Part shown: one piece after another, positions 8,263 through 22,006 of the stretch
Position numbering within the stretch: the stretch's first letter is position 1
How the letters are laid out: the number at the start of each line of letters is the position of its first letter
NCBI GenBank assembly: GCA_964246655.1
Contig: CAXTSK010000001.1
Location: 1-40,360 of the forward strand
Direction: 5' to 3'
DNA from: an uncultured Pyrinomonadaceae bacterium
Lineage (GTDB): Bacteria > Acidobacteriota > Blastocatellia > Pyrinomonadales > Pyrinomonadaceae
Length of the DNA stretch: 40,360 nt
Notes under the pieces: generated by a model
Databases searched by the model: none
What the model was told of the DNA's origin: nothing
The model's input: the letters and a program-made list of their open reading frames with translations, nothing else
Program-made: the position numbers and the translations under genes

Positions 8263-9251
8263 AAGTGCTATTCATCGGCGGGACGGGATTCATCAGCACT
8301 GCCGTCAGCCGTCTTGCGGTCGCCGAAGGTCTTGACCTCTACCTGCTCAACCGAGGGTTGAGGAGCGCGGCTCCGCACGGCACACACGGTCTGACCGCGG
8401 ACATCAACAGGCCGGAAGATGTTCGCGCGGCCCTGCGCGGTTTACGGTTCGACGTGGTCGTCAACTGGATCGCCTACACGCCCGAAGACATCGAGCGCGA
8501 CTTGTCGCTCTTCCAAGGTCGCGCCGGGCAGTACGTCTTCATCAGCTCCGCCGCGGCTTATCAAAAGCCGCCCGCGCACTACGTCATCACGGAAGAGACC
8601 CCGCTCGTCAATCCCTTCTGGGACTACGCGCGCGGGAAGATTGCGTGTGAAGAAAGGTTGAAGCGGGCCCACGCCGAGGAGGGTTTTCCCGCAACGATAG
8701 TCCGGCCGTCGCACACGTACGAGACGAACTTCCCCGCCGCCGTCGGGGGCGGCGGCACGTACACGCTCGCCGACCGGATGAAGAAGGGCCTGCCGATTAT
8801 TGTGCACGGCGACGGCACTTCGCTGTGGACTTTGACGCACTCGGAAGACTTCGCGCGAGGCTTCCTCGGCCTGCTCGGCAACGCGGAAGCCGTCGGCCAA
8901 GCCTTCCACATCACCTCGGACGAGGTGCAGACGTGGGAGCAGATATACCGCGCCATCGCCGGGGCGCTGGGCGTGGAGGCGAACGTCCTGCACGTCCCGT
9001 CGGATTTCATCGCGCGCGTGGTGCCGCGCCTCGCAGGGACTCTGCACGGCGATAAGAAGTGGAGCGCCGTCTTCGACAACGGCAAGATAAAGAAGTTCGT
9101 GCCGGGCTTCCGCGCCGCCGTCCCCTTCCGCGAAGGGATTCGGCGGACGGTGGCGTGGTTCGAGGAGGAAGAGCGGCGACGGCGTGTGGACGAGTCCCTC
9201 GTCGAGGAGATGGATTTGGTTGTCAGGTCTTACGCCGCGGTTACCGGCTGA
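8259..9251 (+). CDS. NAD-dependent epimerase/dehydratase-family (extended SDR) protein
   Basis: ATGA overlap with the preceding gene. MKVLFIGGTGFIS glycine-rich loop, followed by an extended-SDR-like YxxxK element (YARGK). Confidence 0.85.
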   Translation: MKVLFIGGTGFISTAVSRLAVAEGLDLYLLNRGLRSAAPHGTHGLTADINRPEDVRAALRGLRFDVVVNWIAYTPEDIERDLSLFQGRAGQYVFISSAAAYQKPPAHYVITEETPLVNPFWDYARGKIACEERLKRAHAEEGFPATIVRPSHTYETNFPAAVGGGGTYTLADRMKKGLPIIVHGDGTSLWTLTHSEDFARGFLGLLGNAEAVGQAFHITSDEVQTWEQIYRAIAGALGVEANVLHVPSDFIARVVPRLAGTLHGDKKWSAVFDNGKIKKFVPGFRAAVPFREGIRRTVAWFEEEERRRRVDESLVEEMDLVVRSYAAVTG

Positions 9252-9290
9252 TGCCGACTTGCAGAACGTGTTAAGGAGAAGGCCGGCGGC

Positions 9291-10067
9291 TCAGGAGTTG
9301 ACGCCGGAGGCGAGCATGCCGCCGTCCACGACGATGGTCTGCCCCGTGATGAAGGAGGCCGCGTCGGAGGCGAGGAAGACCGCCGCGCCCGCCACCTCTT
9401 CGGGGCGGCCGAAGCGTTGCATCGGCGTCCGCAACAGAAGCTCGCGCCCGCGCTCCGTGTCGTCGAGGAACTTCGCGTTGAGCTCTGTGCGGAAGACGCC
9501 CGGCGCAATCGCGTTGACGTTTATCCGGTCGCGCGCCCACTCGCACCCGAGGCTGCGCGTCAAAGCCACCACGCCCGCCTTCGACGCGCCGTAGGCGGCG
9601 ACCTCGTGAAAGGCCACGTAAGAGGAGAGCGACGCGACGTTGACGACGCGCCCGCGGCCGCTCTCCTTCAGCGGCGCGTAGAAAGCCTGACAGGCGCGCA
9701 GCATCCCCGTCAGATTCGTGTCCATGATCGCCTCCCACTCTTCTTCGGAGACTTCCGCCGTGGGCGCGCGCGCGGTGCGCCCCGCCGCGTTGATGAGGAT
9801 GTCCACCGCGCCAAAACGCTCAAGCACCGCGTCGCGCAGCGCGTCGATTGACCCGCGCTCGCCTACGTCCGCCGTCACGGCGTATGCCTTGCCGCCGCCC
9901 CGCTCGATCTCTTCACAGACCTCTCGGACAAGCTCGCCGCGCCGCCCCGAAGGGACTGTTCCGGCCCCCGCGCGCGCGAGCCCGAGCGCGATGGCCCGCC
10001 CGAGCCCCGACGTTCCGCCGACGACGACGGCCACGCGCCCGTTCAAATCGGTGATGTTCTGAGCCAT
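9291..10067 (-). CDS. classical SDR-family oxidoreductase
   Basis: VVVGGTSGLGRAIA cofactor loop, NAAG, and the S...YGASKAGV catalytic motif; 258 aa. Confidence 0.9.
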   Translation of the reverse strand: MAQNITDLNGRVAVVVGGTSGLGRAIALGLARAGAGTVPSGRRGELVREVCEEIERGGGKAYAVTADVGERGSIDALRDAVLERFGAVDILINAAGRTARAPTAEVSEEEWEAIMDTNLTGMLRACQAFYAPLKESGRGRVVNVASLSSYVAFHEVAAYGASKAGVVALTRSLGCEWARDRINVNAIAPGVFRTELNAKFLDDTERGRELLLRTPMQRFGRPEEVAGAAVFLASDAASFITGQTIVVDGGMLASGVNS

Positions 10068-10127
10068 GTTCTTCTCTACTCCGCGGGCGTTTCGGCGACG
10101 GTCGGGGCGCGCGAGAACACCGACGCT

Positions 10128-11462
10128 TTAAAAACTCTCGGCGGCTACGACCTCTTCGGCCCGCATGTCTCTTCCCTCGCCCGCGGAGACCCACTTGCTG
10201 AAGTTGCCGGAGAACATGCGCGTCACGTCGCGCTCGACCTCCGCGCGCGTGACGGCGCGCCCGCTCTCAAGCAGACGCTCGTACGCGTTGTAAAGTGATT
10301 CCGCGATACAGCGGCGCGAGTGCTTCCACTTGTAGACCAGCTGTTCGAGGATGCGCGCGTCCGAGTGCTGCGGGATGAAGGAGGTGCCGAGCAGCTCGAT
10401 GCGCTCCGTCGTAATCTCGGAGACTATCGAGGGGTTGTTGAGGAACCACCAGCAGCCGAACGGCATCAGGTTCGGGAACTTCCGCGCCGAGACGCACAGC
10501 TCGTGCTGGTTCTCGCGCGAGAGGAACGTGGCGAGGAATTTCACGTCCGCGTTCTCCGCACACATGCGCTCGACGGCCGACACGTCCGCGCGGCCGAGCC
10601 CGTCGCCCGCCATCCGCAACGCGGGGTTCACGCCACGCCGCACGCCGACCATCAAAGCGAACGGCAGGTTGTGCGCGCGCGCCGTCGGCAGCACGACCTC
10701 GCGTATGACTCGGCCGCGCGCGTCCCCGTCGGGGTATTTGAAATTGTCCGGGAGCGAAACCGCCATGTAGAGCGGTCCCATGCGCTCGACCCAAACGTCG
10801 AGGAAGCGACGCACCTCCGCGGCGGTCGCGCCCCCGAAGTCCGCGTCCACGAGATAGCCCCGCGCCGCGAGTTCGGCCGCCGCGCTCTCCCAGTCGTTAA
10901 TCAAGCGATCCATGCGGAGCGCCGCGCGGAAACGTCCGTCAATCTCAACGTCGGCTTCCCAGACGCCCGCCTCCCGCGCGTCGAACGGGTCGTTCGTCAT
11001 CACGACCTCGCTCACGCACGCCAACTCCAAAACGCGTTCGAGGTGTTCCGCCGGATCCTGCTCGCGGAAGAAGGCACGCGCCTCATTCAAGTTAAGCGCG
11101 GCCGTGTCGAGCCCGAAGGCGTCGAGCACGGTGACGACCCCACGCGCCGCCTCCGACACCGGCGTGTTCTCCACGAACAGCGTCCGCCAGACGAGGTCGG
11201 CCTGCTCCATCCGCGACATGCGCCAGAAGCTTTCATAGCTCACGTCGGCGGAGCGGAACGTCTCGGCGACGAGGTAGTGATACGTCAGCAGCTCGTCGAT
11301 GCCCGACAATCCCAGCCCGCCGAACTCGGGGGCGTAGAGGTGCGTGTGTAGGTCGATGACCGGAGTTTGGTTAACGGCCTCTTCGACGTGCCGGCGCAGC
11401 GCGGCCTTGTCCGTGAGACGTGCGTGCTGTGCGGCCCGCGTGTCGAGACTGCTTGTCGTCAT
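10128..11462 (-). CDS. divergent glucuronate-isomerase (UxaC)-like amidohydrolase-fold protein
   Basis: 444 aa with an ATG start. N-terminal metal motif VIDLHTHLYAPE. The C-terminal block MPFGCWWFLNNPSIVSEITTERIELLG...HSDAR aligns with UxaC FGSGWWFNDQKDGMERQ...LTDSR as I recall it. Confidence 0.6.
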   Translation of the reverse strand: MTTSSLDTRAAQHARLTDKAALRRHVEEAVNQTPVIDLHTHLYAPEFGGLGLSGIDELLTYHYLVAETFRSADVSYESFWRMSRMEQADLVWRTLFVENTPVSEAARGVVTVLDAFGLDTAALNLNEARAFFREQDPAEHLERVLELACVSEVVMTNDPFDAREAGVWEADVEIDGRFRAALRMDRLINDWESAAAELAARGYLVDADFGGATAAEVRRFLDVWVERMGPLYMAVSLPDNFKYPDGDARGRVIREVVLPTARAHNLPFALMVGVRRGVNPALRMAGDGLGRADVSAVERMCAENADVKFLATFLSRENQHELCVSARKFPNLMPFGCWWFLNNPSIVSEITTERIELLGTSFIPQHSDARILEQLVYKWKHSRRCIAESLYNAYERLLESGRAVTRAEVERDVTRMFSGNFSKWVSAGEGRDMRAEEVVAAESF

Positions 11463-11484
11463 GTCGAGACTCCCTTTCGAAGAA

Positions 11485-12747
<1,263 letters not shown>

Positions 12748-12759
12748 CTTGAAGAATCA

Positions 12760-12795
12760 GGTCAGTACCATCCGCTACCGCGGGTGGTACTGACC
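12760..12795. repeat. intercistronic hairpin
   Basis: An 11-bp perfect stem, ggtcagtacca (12760-12770) with tggtactgacc (12785-12795), and a 14-nt loop. It lies between the GH67 stop and the dehydratase start. There is no U-tract. Confidence 0.5.
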
Positions 12796-12801
12796 GCTAT
12801 A

Positions 12802-14997
<2,196 letters not shown>

Positions 14998-15014
14998 CTG
15001 AAGTTCTGCGACCC

Positions 15015-16730
15015 TTAACGGTAACGGTAGAGCTTGACGCGCTGTATGTCGAACCTGCCCGAGGGCAGACGTATGTGTCGGCCCTGGTGCGTCTGGTCGC
15101 CGTTGAGCCAGCGCCCGGGCTGCCACTGACCGTTTACATATTTTCCTTCCTGCGCCGACACGATGCCGACCAGCGGGTCGCCCGGCGAGTCGGCCTCGAA
15201 GACGATGACGAAGCCCGTGCCCGCGATGACGAACTCGTCCGGCCCCGTGGCGATGACGAGCCCGCCCGACGGCGTGTCGTTCGTCTGCGCGGGCGGCGCC
15301 GCGCCCGGGTTGGCCTGCGCGGGCGGGGCCGAACTCGGGCGCTCGTACGTCACGTTCAGCTTGTACCCGCCGAGCCTCAACTGCTGCGGCACGCGTTGCG
15401 GCTCCGTGCCTTCGGCGAGCAGCCCGACCATCTCGCCCTTGCCCTGGTGCTCCGCGATGAGCGGCGTCAGTTGTTCGACGACCTCGTACCCGGCGGTAAG
15501 TAGCTCCGACGCACGCCCCTCGGCCGACTCGATGCTGAAGGGGCTGAAGCCGATGGCGTCGTGGCGGCCGAAGACGTAGAGCGTTTGCACGGAGTTCTGC
15601 GGCCCGAACTGCACCTCGGGGATGAAGAGAGGATTGCCCGCGACCTGATACTTCCGCGTCCACTCGATGAAGTTCGGGAAGTAGATGTCGGGCGACAGGA
15701 AGTCTAACTGCGGCGCGGCCGCGCGCCACACGTCGAGGAGGTGCGGCAGAGGCCCCGCGCTCGGGTACTGTCCCGGCAGGTAACCCGGACGGATGAGGGC
15801 CGCGTTGACGAACATCGGTATCTTGTACTCCGCCTTGCCGAGTTCCGTCACGCGATTCGCGTAGCGCGCGAAGTGCCACGCCATGAAAATCTCGTCCGTC
15901 GCGTACCCGCGCCCGAAGACCTCCTCCCAACTGCCGCGCGTCTTCCAACCCGAAGCGCCCCACGCCGCGCGCAGCTCAGGCTGTAGCGTCTCCTTATTCT
16001 TCTCCAAGTAAGCCATCAACTCCGCCGGGACAGGCCCGTCGAAGAGTCTTTCGGCGACGGGGCTGCGGTCGCGCGAGTCGGGGATCATGCCGATCTCGTT
16101 CTCGACCTGCACCATGATGACGGTCTGGTCGCGGCCGTCCACCTCGCGCAGGTGGCGCATGAAGGCGGCGAAGGCGCGCCCGTCCGCCTCCATGTTCTCG
16201 CGGCTGAAGGTCGAGAGGATTTCGATGCCGCGCCCCAACCTGTCCTGCGAGCGGGGGAAGCGCTTCTGGTCGTGCTTCACCCACGCCGGCACGTAGGTGG
16301 ACATGCTGTTCTTCCAAGAGGCGAACCAAAGGGGCACGAGCTTGAGCCCGTGCTGCCGCGCGTCACGAAGCAGGCCGTCAACCAACTCGAAGTCGAACTT
16401 TCCCTCAACCGGTTCAATCAACTCCCAGTAGACGGGGATGACGACCGTGTTGAGTTTCATCGCGGCGAGCTTCGGCCACACGCCGCGCATGTACTCAAGA
16501 CTGGACGAGCTTGAGTTCCCCAACTCGCCGCCGCGGACGAGGAAGGGCTTGCCGTCAACGACGAGCTGCGTCGCCGTGCCTTGCTTACGCAGGTGCGGCG
16601 CGGGCGCGGCCTGTTGCCTCGCTTGAAGCGTCAAAGCGTAGCCCGGCAGCAGCGCGCACGCGACGGCGAGCGTAAAGCCCCCGCGCCTCACACGGCGTGT
16701 GAAGCGATGCCCCGGGGATGTCTGTGTCAT
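15015..16730 (-). CDS. glycoside hydrolase, GH35-like TIM barrel with a DUF5597-type C-terminal domain
   Basis: ATG 16730 is preferred over GTG 16805. Signal-like N-terminus. [52 protein letters not shown]...VQVENE, with a C-terminal beta-rich domain. Confidence 0.75.
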   Translation of the reverse strand: MTQTSPGHRFTRRVRRGGFTLAVACALLPGYALTLQARQQAAPAPHLRKQGTATQLVVDGKPFLVRGGELGNSSSSSLEYMRGVWPKLAAMKLNTVVIPVYWELIEPVEGKFDFELVDGLLRDARQHGLKLVPLWFASWKNSMSTYVPAWVKHDQKRFPRSQDRLGRGIEILSTFSRENMEADGRAFAAFMRHLREVDGRDQTVIMVQVENEIGMIPDSRDRSPVAERLFDGPVPAELMAYLEKNKETLQPELRAAWGASGWKTRGSWEEVFGRGYATDEIFMAWHFARYANRVTELGKAEYKIPMFVNAALIRPGYLPGQYPSAGPLPHLLDVWRAAAPQLDFLSPDIYFPNFIEWTRKYQVAGNPLFIPEVQFGPQNSVQTLYVFGRHDAIGFSPFSIESAEGRASELLTAGYEVVEQLTPLIAEHQGKGEMVGLLAEGTEPQRVPQQLRLGGYKLNVTYERPSSAPPAQANPGAAPPAQTNDTPSGGLVIATGPDEFVIAGTGFVIVFEADSPGDPLVGIVSAQEGKYVNGQWQPGRWLNGDQTHQGRHIRLPSGRFDIQRVKLYRYR

Positions 16731-16820
16731 CAGGGTGATTCTACCCGACGCGTGTCGCCGGGGCGAAAAAAGGGCGGCGTGGCCCGAAGAGTCGGGACGG
16801 GCCACGCCGCCGCGGGCGCG

Positions 16821-19800
16821 CTAGAAGGACAGGCGGGCCGCGAAGCGCATGCTGCGCTGCGCGGTGCCGGTCGTCGCGGTGACGATGCCGAACGTGCTCG
16901 GGTCGGAGATGTTCGCGTTCGGGTTGGCGTAGTTCGGGTGGTTGAAGGCGTTGAGCGCCTCGACGCGTAGTTGCAGGCTGAGCGATTCCCTCAGAGGGAA
17001 GGTGCGGAACAGGCTCAGGTCGAGGTTCTTGAACCCCGGCCCGCGCAGGTTGTTGCGCCCCGCGCTGCCGAAGCGCGCGCCGTTCTCCGACGCCCACGCA
17101 CAGTTTGAGGTGCACAGGTTCGGGGCCAGGATCGTGTTGTCGAAGTAGGGCCGTCCCGGGCCGATGCCGTTCAGGTATCGAATCTCGGAGACAAGCTGGT
17201 TGGGCACCTGCTGGCTCCCGGCGGCGTTCAGGTTCGGCGCCGTGTTCTGCACGACGTAGAAGGGCGTCCCGCTCATGACGCTGAAGAGGCCGGTCAGCTG
17301 GAAGCCGCCGAGTAGCTTGCTGCCGACGCCGTCGCTCAGCCAGCGCTGCGACCTGCCGAGCGGCAGATCCCAGACGAAGTAGCCCTGGAGGTTGTGCGGC
17401 CGGTCGTAGCCCGCGGGGCCGCGGTTGCGCTCGGCCTCGGGCATGTACTGGATTCTCGGGTTGGCGTCGTTGTCGGCGTAGTTGATTGCCTTCGAGAAGG
17501 TGTAGGCGAGCCCGAAGAGCGAGCCCGTCCAGCGCCGGTTGAGCGTCGCCTGCAAAGAGTCGTACGTGGTCGTCTTGTACGGCTGGATCGAGTTGATGTC
17601 GGCGACGATCCTGACGGGGTTGCCCTGCGCGTCGGTCGTAAACAGCGGCCGGCCGTTGTTGCCCAGGCCCGGCGGGCCGGCGTTGATGTTGATGAAGCCC
17701 ATCTGACCGACCGCCCGCGTGCCGACGTAGCCGACGGAACTGGTGAAGCTCATCGGCAGTTGCCGCTCGACGATGAAGTTGAAGGAGTGAATCTCCTTAC
17801 GCATCGGCGTGGCTGGGTAGGTCGTCGTGCCTGTGTTCGAAGGGAGCCTGATGATGCCCTGCGTCAGGTCGGGCGGGGCGCTGGGGTTGATAAGCCCCTG
17901 CCGCAGCGTGGTGACCGGGAGGAAGCCGTTGTTGAAGGTGTTGAAGATGGCCGTGGGCATGGCGAAGAGGTTAACGACCGGGTACGCGTTGCGGAAGTCG
18001 ATGAACGGGCGCGGGTCGGCCGACTGGCCGTAGCCGCCGCGGAGCACAGTCTTGTCATTCCAGCGGTAGGCGACGCCGAAGCGCGGCAGGAACTGCCCCG
18101 GCCCGGACTCGGCCCCGCTGTCCTCGGGCACGCCCGTGAGCCCGCCCGTGTAGACGAGGCCCGTCGCGGGGTCGAAGCGGTTGATGCCCGTGTTGTCCTT
18201 GGTCGGGAACGGGTAGCGCTCCCAACGCAGGCCGTACGTCAGCGTCAGCTTCTGGTTGACCTGCCAGTGGTCACGCGCGTAGAGGGCGTAGGACTTCATC
18301 CGCAGCGAGTTCGGGTTGTGGAGTTGATCCACCTTGCCCGCGCCGCTCGGCAGTCCCAGAAGGAAGTCCGCCCAGTTGTTGAACCGGTTGGCTGTGGCAA
18401 CGAGGGCGGTTGTGACGGCCCCCGGCTGGCCGCAGACGGCCGTCCCGGTGTTGGGGGCGTCGCAGCCTTGCAGCGCCGTGATGTTGCCGCTGAACTGGAA
18501 CGTGCCGCGCACGGTCTGGAAGGTGCCGCCCTGCGGCTGAAAGTGGTTGAGTTGCTGGTTCTGGTAGTCGCCGCCGAAGCGGAACGAGTGCGAGCCCCTC
18601 AGCCAGGAAAGGTTGGTCGAGCCGACGTACTGGTTGTCGCGGAAGATGAACGGGTTGCCGGTGTTCGAGTTCCCCATGTTCGCCCAGTTGGCGACGTTGA
18701 AGAAAGGGATGCCGGCCTGGAGCGGGTCGGTGCCGTTGGTGCCGGGAATCTTCAGCACGTCGAGCCCGAAGTTCGTGCCCGAGACCACGTCGGGGCCGGC
18801 CGCGCCCAAACGCTGGCGCGTGTAGCCGAAGTTGGCGTCGAGGAAGAGCGACCCGTTGAAGGTGTATGTGCCGCCGAGCCCCGCGACCTGCACGCGCCCT
18901 GTCGCCTCGCCCAACTGGCCGCCGTTGATGGCGTCGCCGCCGGCCTCGCCCAGGATGGGCGGCTCGGTAATGAGCGTCGGCGAGATGCTGTAGCGACCGA
19001 AGAACGTCATCCGGTCGGTCGGGTTGTAGTTAATCTTGGTGTCGATGTTGTTGCGGTTGAACTCGGCCGTGCCGTTCGTCAGGTAGTTGTTGACGAAGCC
19101 GGGCAGGTTCGGCGCGGGCAGCCGCTTGATGAGTTCGACGGCCGCGAGGTCGATGCGGCTCGCCGGGATCGTGTTGTTCGCGAAGGGCGTGCGCAGCCGC
19201 GGGTCGGGGCTCGACGCCGGGTCGTAGATGGTCGCGCCGCCCTCGGCCGCCGTCGGGAAGTGGACGTTGCCCTGCGCGTCGGGGCGCAAGGACGCGGGCG
19301 CGATGCTCACCCTGTTGTCGCGCGAGAGGTTCCGACGCGTCGTGCGCTCGAAGTCGGTGAAGAAGAAAAGTTTGTTCTTGAGGATCGGCCCGCCCACCGC
19401 GTAGCCGAACTGCGTGAGCAGGTCTTTCGGGTTCTGCGGCGAGGTCTGGAAGTGGTTGCGCGCGGCGAAGCGGCTGTTCGTGTGATAGACCCAGCCCGTC
19501 CCGTGGAAGTCGTTCGTGCCCGACTTGATGATGACGTTGACGGCGGCGCCGCCCGCCAAGCCCTGCTCGGCGTCGAAGGCGTTGGTGACAATGTTGACCG
19601 ACTGGATGGCCTCGGCCGGCGGGACGTAGGCCGTGTTGGTCGGGAGCCAAGGGTAGGTGATGCTTGACCCGTCGATCTTCGTGTTGTTCTGAAGGCGCGA
19701 AACGCCGTTCACGTTGAAAGAGATGGAACGCTGCGGGCTGCCCGCGGCCGAGTTCTGCTCGCCCGCGAGCACCGAGCCTGGGACAATCTGCATCAAGCTT

Positions 19801-20351
19801 TGGTAGTTGCGCCCGGCGCTGCCCGCGATGGGCAGGTCGTTGACCTGACGGGCCGTCTGCGTGACGTTCACGTCGGCGCGGTCGGTCTGGAGCGCGACCG
19901 CCGTGTCGGCGTTGACCGTGACGGTGTCGCTCACGCCGCCCGGCTGGAGAGTCACATCGACGCGGCGGACGTTGTTGACCTCGATGTTGACCGACTCCGT
20001 CACGGACGTGGTGAAGCCGGTCCCCCCGATGGTGACCTTGTAGACGCCCGGGAGAAGGTCGCTGAACTGGTAGATGCCCTCCCCGTTGGTCGTCGTCTCC
20101 TTCGAGACGTTGGTGCCGTTGTTGACGGCCGTGACGGTCGCGCCGGGCACGGCCGCGCCCGCCGAGTCGGTGACGTTCCCCGTCAGCGAGCCGTAGAGCA
20201 CCTGCGCGCGGGCCGCCCCGGGCAGCGTCAGAGACGTGACGGAGAGGACGAGTGCCCAGACCAGGAGGCCGAACGGCCCGGAGTGTTTGCGTGACTTACA
20301 GTCTTCGTGGCTCTCGACGCGACGCGTAAAGGCTCTGCTTAACTGGAACAT
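16821..20351 (-). CDS. TonB-dependent outer-membrane receptor with an N-terminal carboxypeptidase-regulatory-like domain
   Basis: 1176 aa. ATG with AAGGAGAGG upstream. Signal peptide, then GSLTGNVTDSAGAAVPGATVTAVNNGTNVSKETTTNGEGIYQFSDLLPGVYKV (CarboxypepD_reg). Long beta-barrel ending in the aromatic terminus FAARLSF. Confidence 0.9.
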   Translation of the reverse strand: MFQLSRAFTRRVESHEDCKSRKHSGPFGLLVWALVLSVTSLTLPGAARAQVLYGSLTGNVTDSAGAAVPGATVTAVNNGTNVSKETTTNGEGIYQFSDLLPGVYKVTIGGTGFTTSVTESVNIEVNNVRRVDVTLQPGGVSDTVTVNADTAVALQTDRADVNVTQTARQVNDLPIAGSAGRNYQSLMQIVPGSVLAGEQNSAAGSPQRSISFNVNGVSRLQNNTKIDGSSITYPWLPTNTAYVPPAEAIQSVNIVTNAFDAEQGLAGGAAVNVIIKSGTNDFHGTGWVYHTNSRFAARNHFQTSPQNPKDLLTQFGYAVGGPILKNKLFFFTDFERTTRRNLSRDNRVSIAPASLRPDAQGNVHFPTAAEGGATIYDPASSPDPRLRTPFANNTIPASRIDLAAVELIKRLPAPNLPGFVNNYLTNGTAEFNRNNIDTKINYNPTDRMTFFGRYSISPTLITEPPILGEAGGDAINGGQLGEATGRVQVAGLGGTYTFNGSLFLDANFGYTRQRLGAAGPDVVSGTNFGLDVLKIPGTNGTDPLQAGIPFFNVANWANMGNSNTGNPFIFRDNQYVGSTNLSWLRGSHSFRFGGDYQNQQLNHFQPQGGTFQTVRGTFQFSGNITALQGCDAPNTGTAVCGQPGAVTTALVATANRFNNWADFLLGLPSGAGKVDQLHNPNSLRMKSYALYARDHWQVNQKLTLTYGLRWERYPFPTKDNTGINRFDPATGLVYTGGLTGVPEDSGAESGPGQFLPRFGVAYRWNDKTVLRGGYGQSADPRPFIDFRNAYPVVNLFAMPTAIFNTFNNGFLPVTTLRQGLINPSAPPDLTQGIIRLPSNTGTTTYPATPMRKEIHSFNFIVERQLPMSFTSSVGYVGTRAVGQMGFININAGPPGLGNNGRPLFTTDAQGNPVRIVADINSIQPYKTTTYDSLQATLNRRWTGSLFGLAYTFSKAINYADNDANPRIQYMPEAERNRGPAGYDRPHNLQGYFVWDLPLGRSQRWLSDGVGSKLLGGFQLTGLFSVMSGTPFYVVQNTAPNLNAAGSQQVPNQLVSEIRYLNGIGPGRPYFDNTILAPNLCTSNCAWASENGARFGSAGRNNLRGPGFKNLDLSLFRTFPLRESLSLQLRVEALNAFNHPNYANPNANISDPSTFGIVTATTGTAQRSMRFAARLSF

Positions 20352-20702
20352 TTCTTCCTCTCCTTTCAGAACTGCTGCCAGGACCCGTCTCTCGGGTCTC
20401 TTCGGGCTGAAATCGGAATGGAACCCTTGAAAACCTTCTGGAATGAACTACTTGACCCATTGAGGGAGGGCTAAAAACCGGCTTTACTTTTAGCGTCCAA
20501 ACTTTTAACATGAATTGAACGCCATTAGTTCGAGGGCACAACAATACATTCCGCAAGCTTTTTTGTCAACAAAATCTTGACTCCTACCGGTATCTGTTTG
20601 TTCTGTCCGGAATTCTACTCAGTCTTGCCGCTGTAGTGACCGAAAGCAGGCAATTATTGTAGAGTAAGCGTAACTGTTGAACTATTTGACTTAACGGATG
20701 CC
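20352..20702. promoter_or_regulatory. divergent control region between the TonB-receptor operon and the ROK regulator
   Basis: A 351-bp gap with clearly lower GC than the flanks, and repeated TTGAAC/TTGAC motifs (around 20524, 20576, 20676, 20687). No promoter or operator could be assigned with confidence. Confidence 0.3.
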
Positions 20703-21935
20703 ATGCGGAAAATCAACCTATCCAACTTTCAGGTCGCGACGAGCGAGACGGCGCGCGACATCAACCGCCGCATTCTCCTCAACCTGATACGTACGCGCCA
20801 GCCCATCTCGCGCGCAGACCTCGCGCGTTTTTCGGGTCTTCAGCGCAGCACCGTCTCCTCCATCACCGAACAACTCATCTCCGAACAATGGATCACGGAG
20901 GGCGCGCTCGGCCACGCCCCACGCGGCCGTAAGCCACGTTTTCTGCACCTCAACAACGAGAGGGCGGGCATCATCGGGGTTGACGTGCGACCGCGCCTGA
21001 CGACCCTCGCGCTCACGGACCTCAACGCGCGCATCCTCACGCAGGACTCGCTCCCGACCCCCTCCGACCCGCAGACCTTCCTCGAAGGGCTGGCCGAGCG
21101 CATACAGAACATGCGCCGTTCTCAGCCGCAAATCTTCTGCGAAGGGATCGGCGTCGGCATACCCGGCCGCGTAGACCCCAAGACGCAGCGGCTCGTCTTT
21201 GCCCCGAATCTGGGCTGGCAGGAGGTCGATATCAAACAGGCGCGCACGGTGGACATCAAGGGGCCGCTTGAAGAAGCCACGGGCATCCCCGTCGAAGTCG
21301 ATAACGCAGCCAACTCCTGTGCACTCTTCGAGACCTGGTACGGGAAGCATTCCGAAGGGGTGCACGACCTCATCGCCCTGACCGTGTCGGAGGGCATCGG
21401 GACGGGCATTATCGCCGACGGCGAGTTGCTGCGGGGCGCGACGGGGCTGGCCGCGGAGTTGGGCCACGTCTCTCTGAACGAAGACGGCCCCGTGTGCCGC
21501 TGCGGCAACACTGGCTGCTGGGAGGTCTACGCCTCGAACACGGCGGCCGTCGATTACTACACGCGGATTACGACCAACGCGCGCTCCGACCGCGGCTCGC
21601 AGGACGGCTCCGCCCCGACCTTCGACTCGCTCCTGCGCCTGTGCGACCAGGGCGACCCCAAAGCCATCGAAGCCATCGACCGGCAGGCACACTACCTCGG
21701 CGTCGGCATCGCCATGCTCATCACCAGCTTCGCCCCGAGCCTGATCGTCGTGGCCGCGGAGGTGTCGCGCGTCTGGTCGAGAATCGAACCCATCATCAGC
21801 CGCATCGTGGCCGAGAAGTGCCAACAGCCCTCGGCCACGCGCATCATCCCCGTGGACGAGCTGGCCCACCCGCGCCTGCGCGGGGCGATAGCGCTCATCC
21901 TCCAAAAGCACTTCGTCGCCCCGTCCGTCGCTTAA
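20703..21935 (+). CDS. ROK-family transcriptional repressor (NagC/XylR type)
   Basis: N-terminal HTH INRRILLNLIRTRQPISRADLARFSGLQRSTVSSITEQLI. ROK sugar-kinase fold with GIGVGIPG and the Zn motif GHVSLNEDGPVCRCGNTGCWE. Confidence 0.9.
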   Translation: MRKINLSNFQVATSETARDINRRILLNLIRTRQPISRADLARFSGLQRSTVSSITEQLISEQWITEGALGHAPRGRKPRFLHLNNERAGIIGVDVRPRLTTLALTDLNARILTQDSLPTPSDPQTFLEGLAERIQNMRRSQPQIFCEGIGVGIPGRVDPKTQRLVFAPNLGWQEVDIKQARTVDIKGPLEEATGIPVEVDNAANSCALFETWYGKHSEGVHDLIALTVSEGIGTGIIADGELLRGATGLAAELGHVSLNEDGPVCRCGNTGCWEVYASNTAAVDYYTRITTNARSDRGSQDGSAPTFDSLLRLCDQGDPKAIEAIDRQAHYLGVGIAMLITSFAPSLIVVAAEVSRVWSRIEPIISRIVAEKCQQPSATRIIPVDELAHPRLRGAIALILQKHFVAPSVA

Positions 21936-21955
21936 GTTAGAGGCTGGAAAGACTT

Positions 21956-22006
21956 ATCCCCTTCTATATCAACAACTTAAAAAGGGGATTTGAGAAGCTC
22001 CCCTTT
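21956..22006. terminator. bidirectional terminator-like alternative hairpins in an AT-rich gap
   Basis: atcccctt (21956-21963) pairs with aaggggat (21982-21989). Separately, aaagggga (21981-21988) pairs with tccccttt (21999-22006). On the minus strand the second hairpin is followed by a U-rich run. The site lies between convergent genes. Confidence 0.4.

Noticed and set aside
14998-15963. A 322-aa N-terminal extension of the GH67 ORF.
   Set aside because: It overlaps the GH35-like gene and has Arg/Gly/Ala-rich nonsense composition. ATG 14997 gives a signal peptide followed by the conserved DGYRLWLRY start of GH67.
17394-19667. A 757-aa plus-strand ORF antisense to the TonB receptor. Similar long antisense ORFs occur at 3147-4415, 7108-8181, 10320-11351, 12214-13719, 20718-21911, 22157-23761, 25168-26010, 27175-28353, 28654-29574, 31476-32642 and 36168-37340.
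   Set aside because: Their translations are dominated by R/A/G/V/D/E runs with no recognisable motifs, which is typical of shadow frames in high-GC DNA. In every case the opposite strand carries a gene with clear family motifs.
20296-20556. An 86-aa minus-strand ORF in the TonB/ROK intergenic region.
   Set aside because: It starts inside the control region and runs into the receptor gene's N-terminal coding region in another frame. It has no SD, its composition is odd, and it lies in an AT-rich non-coding gap.
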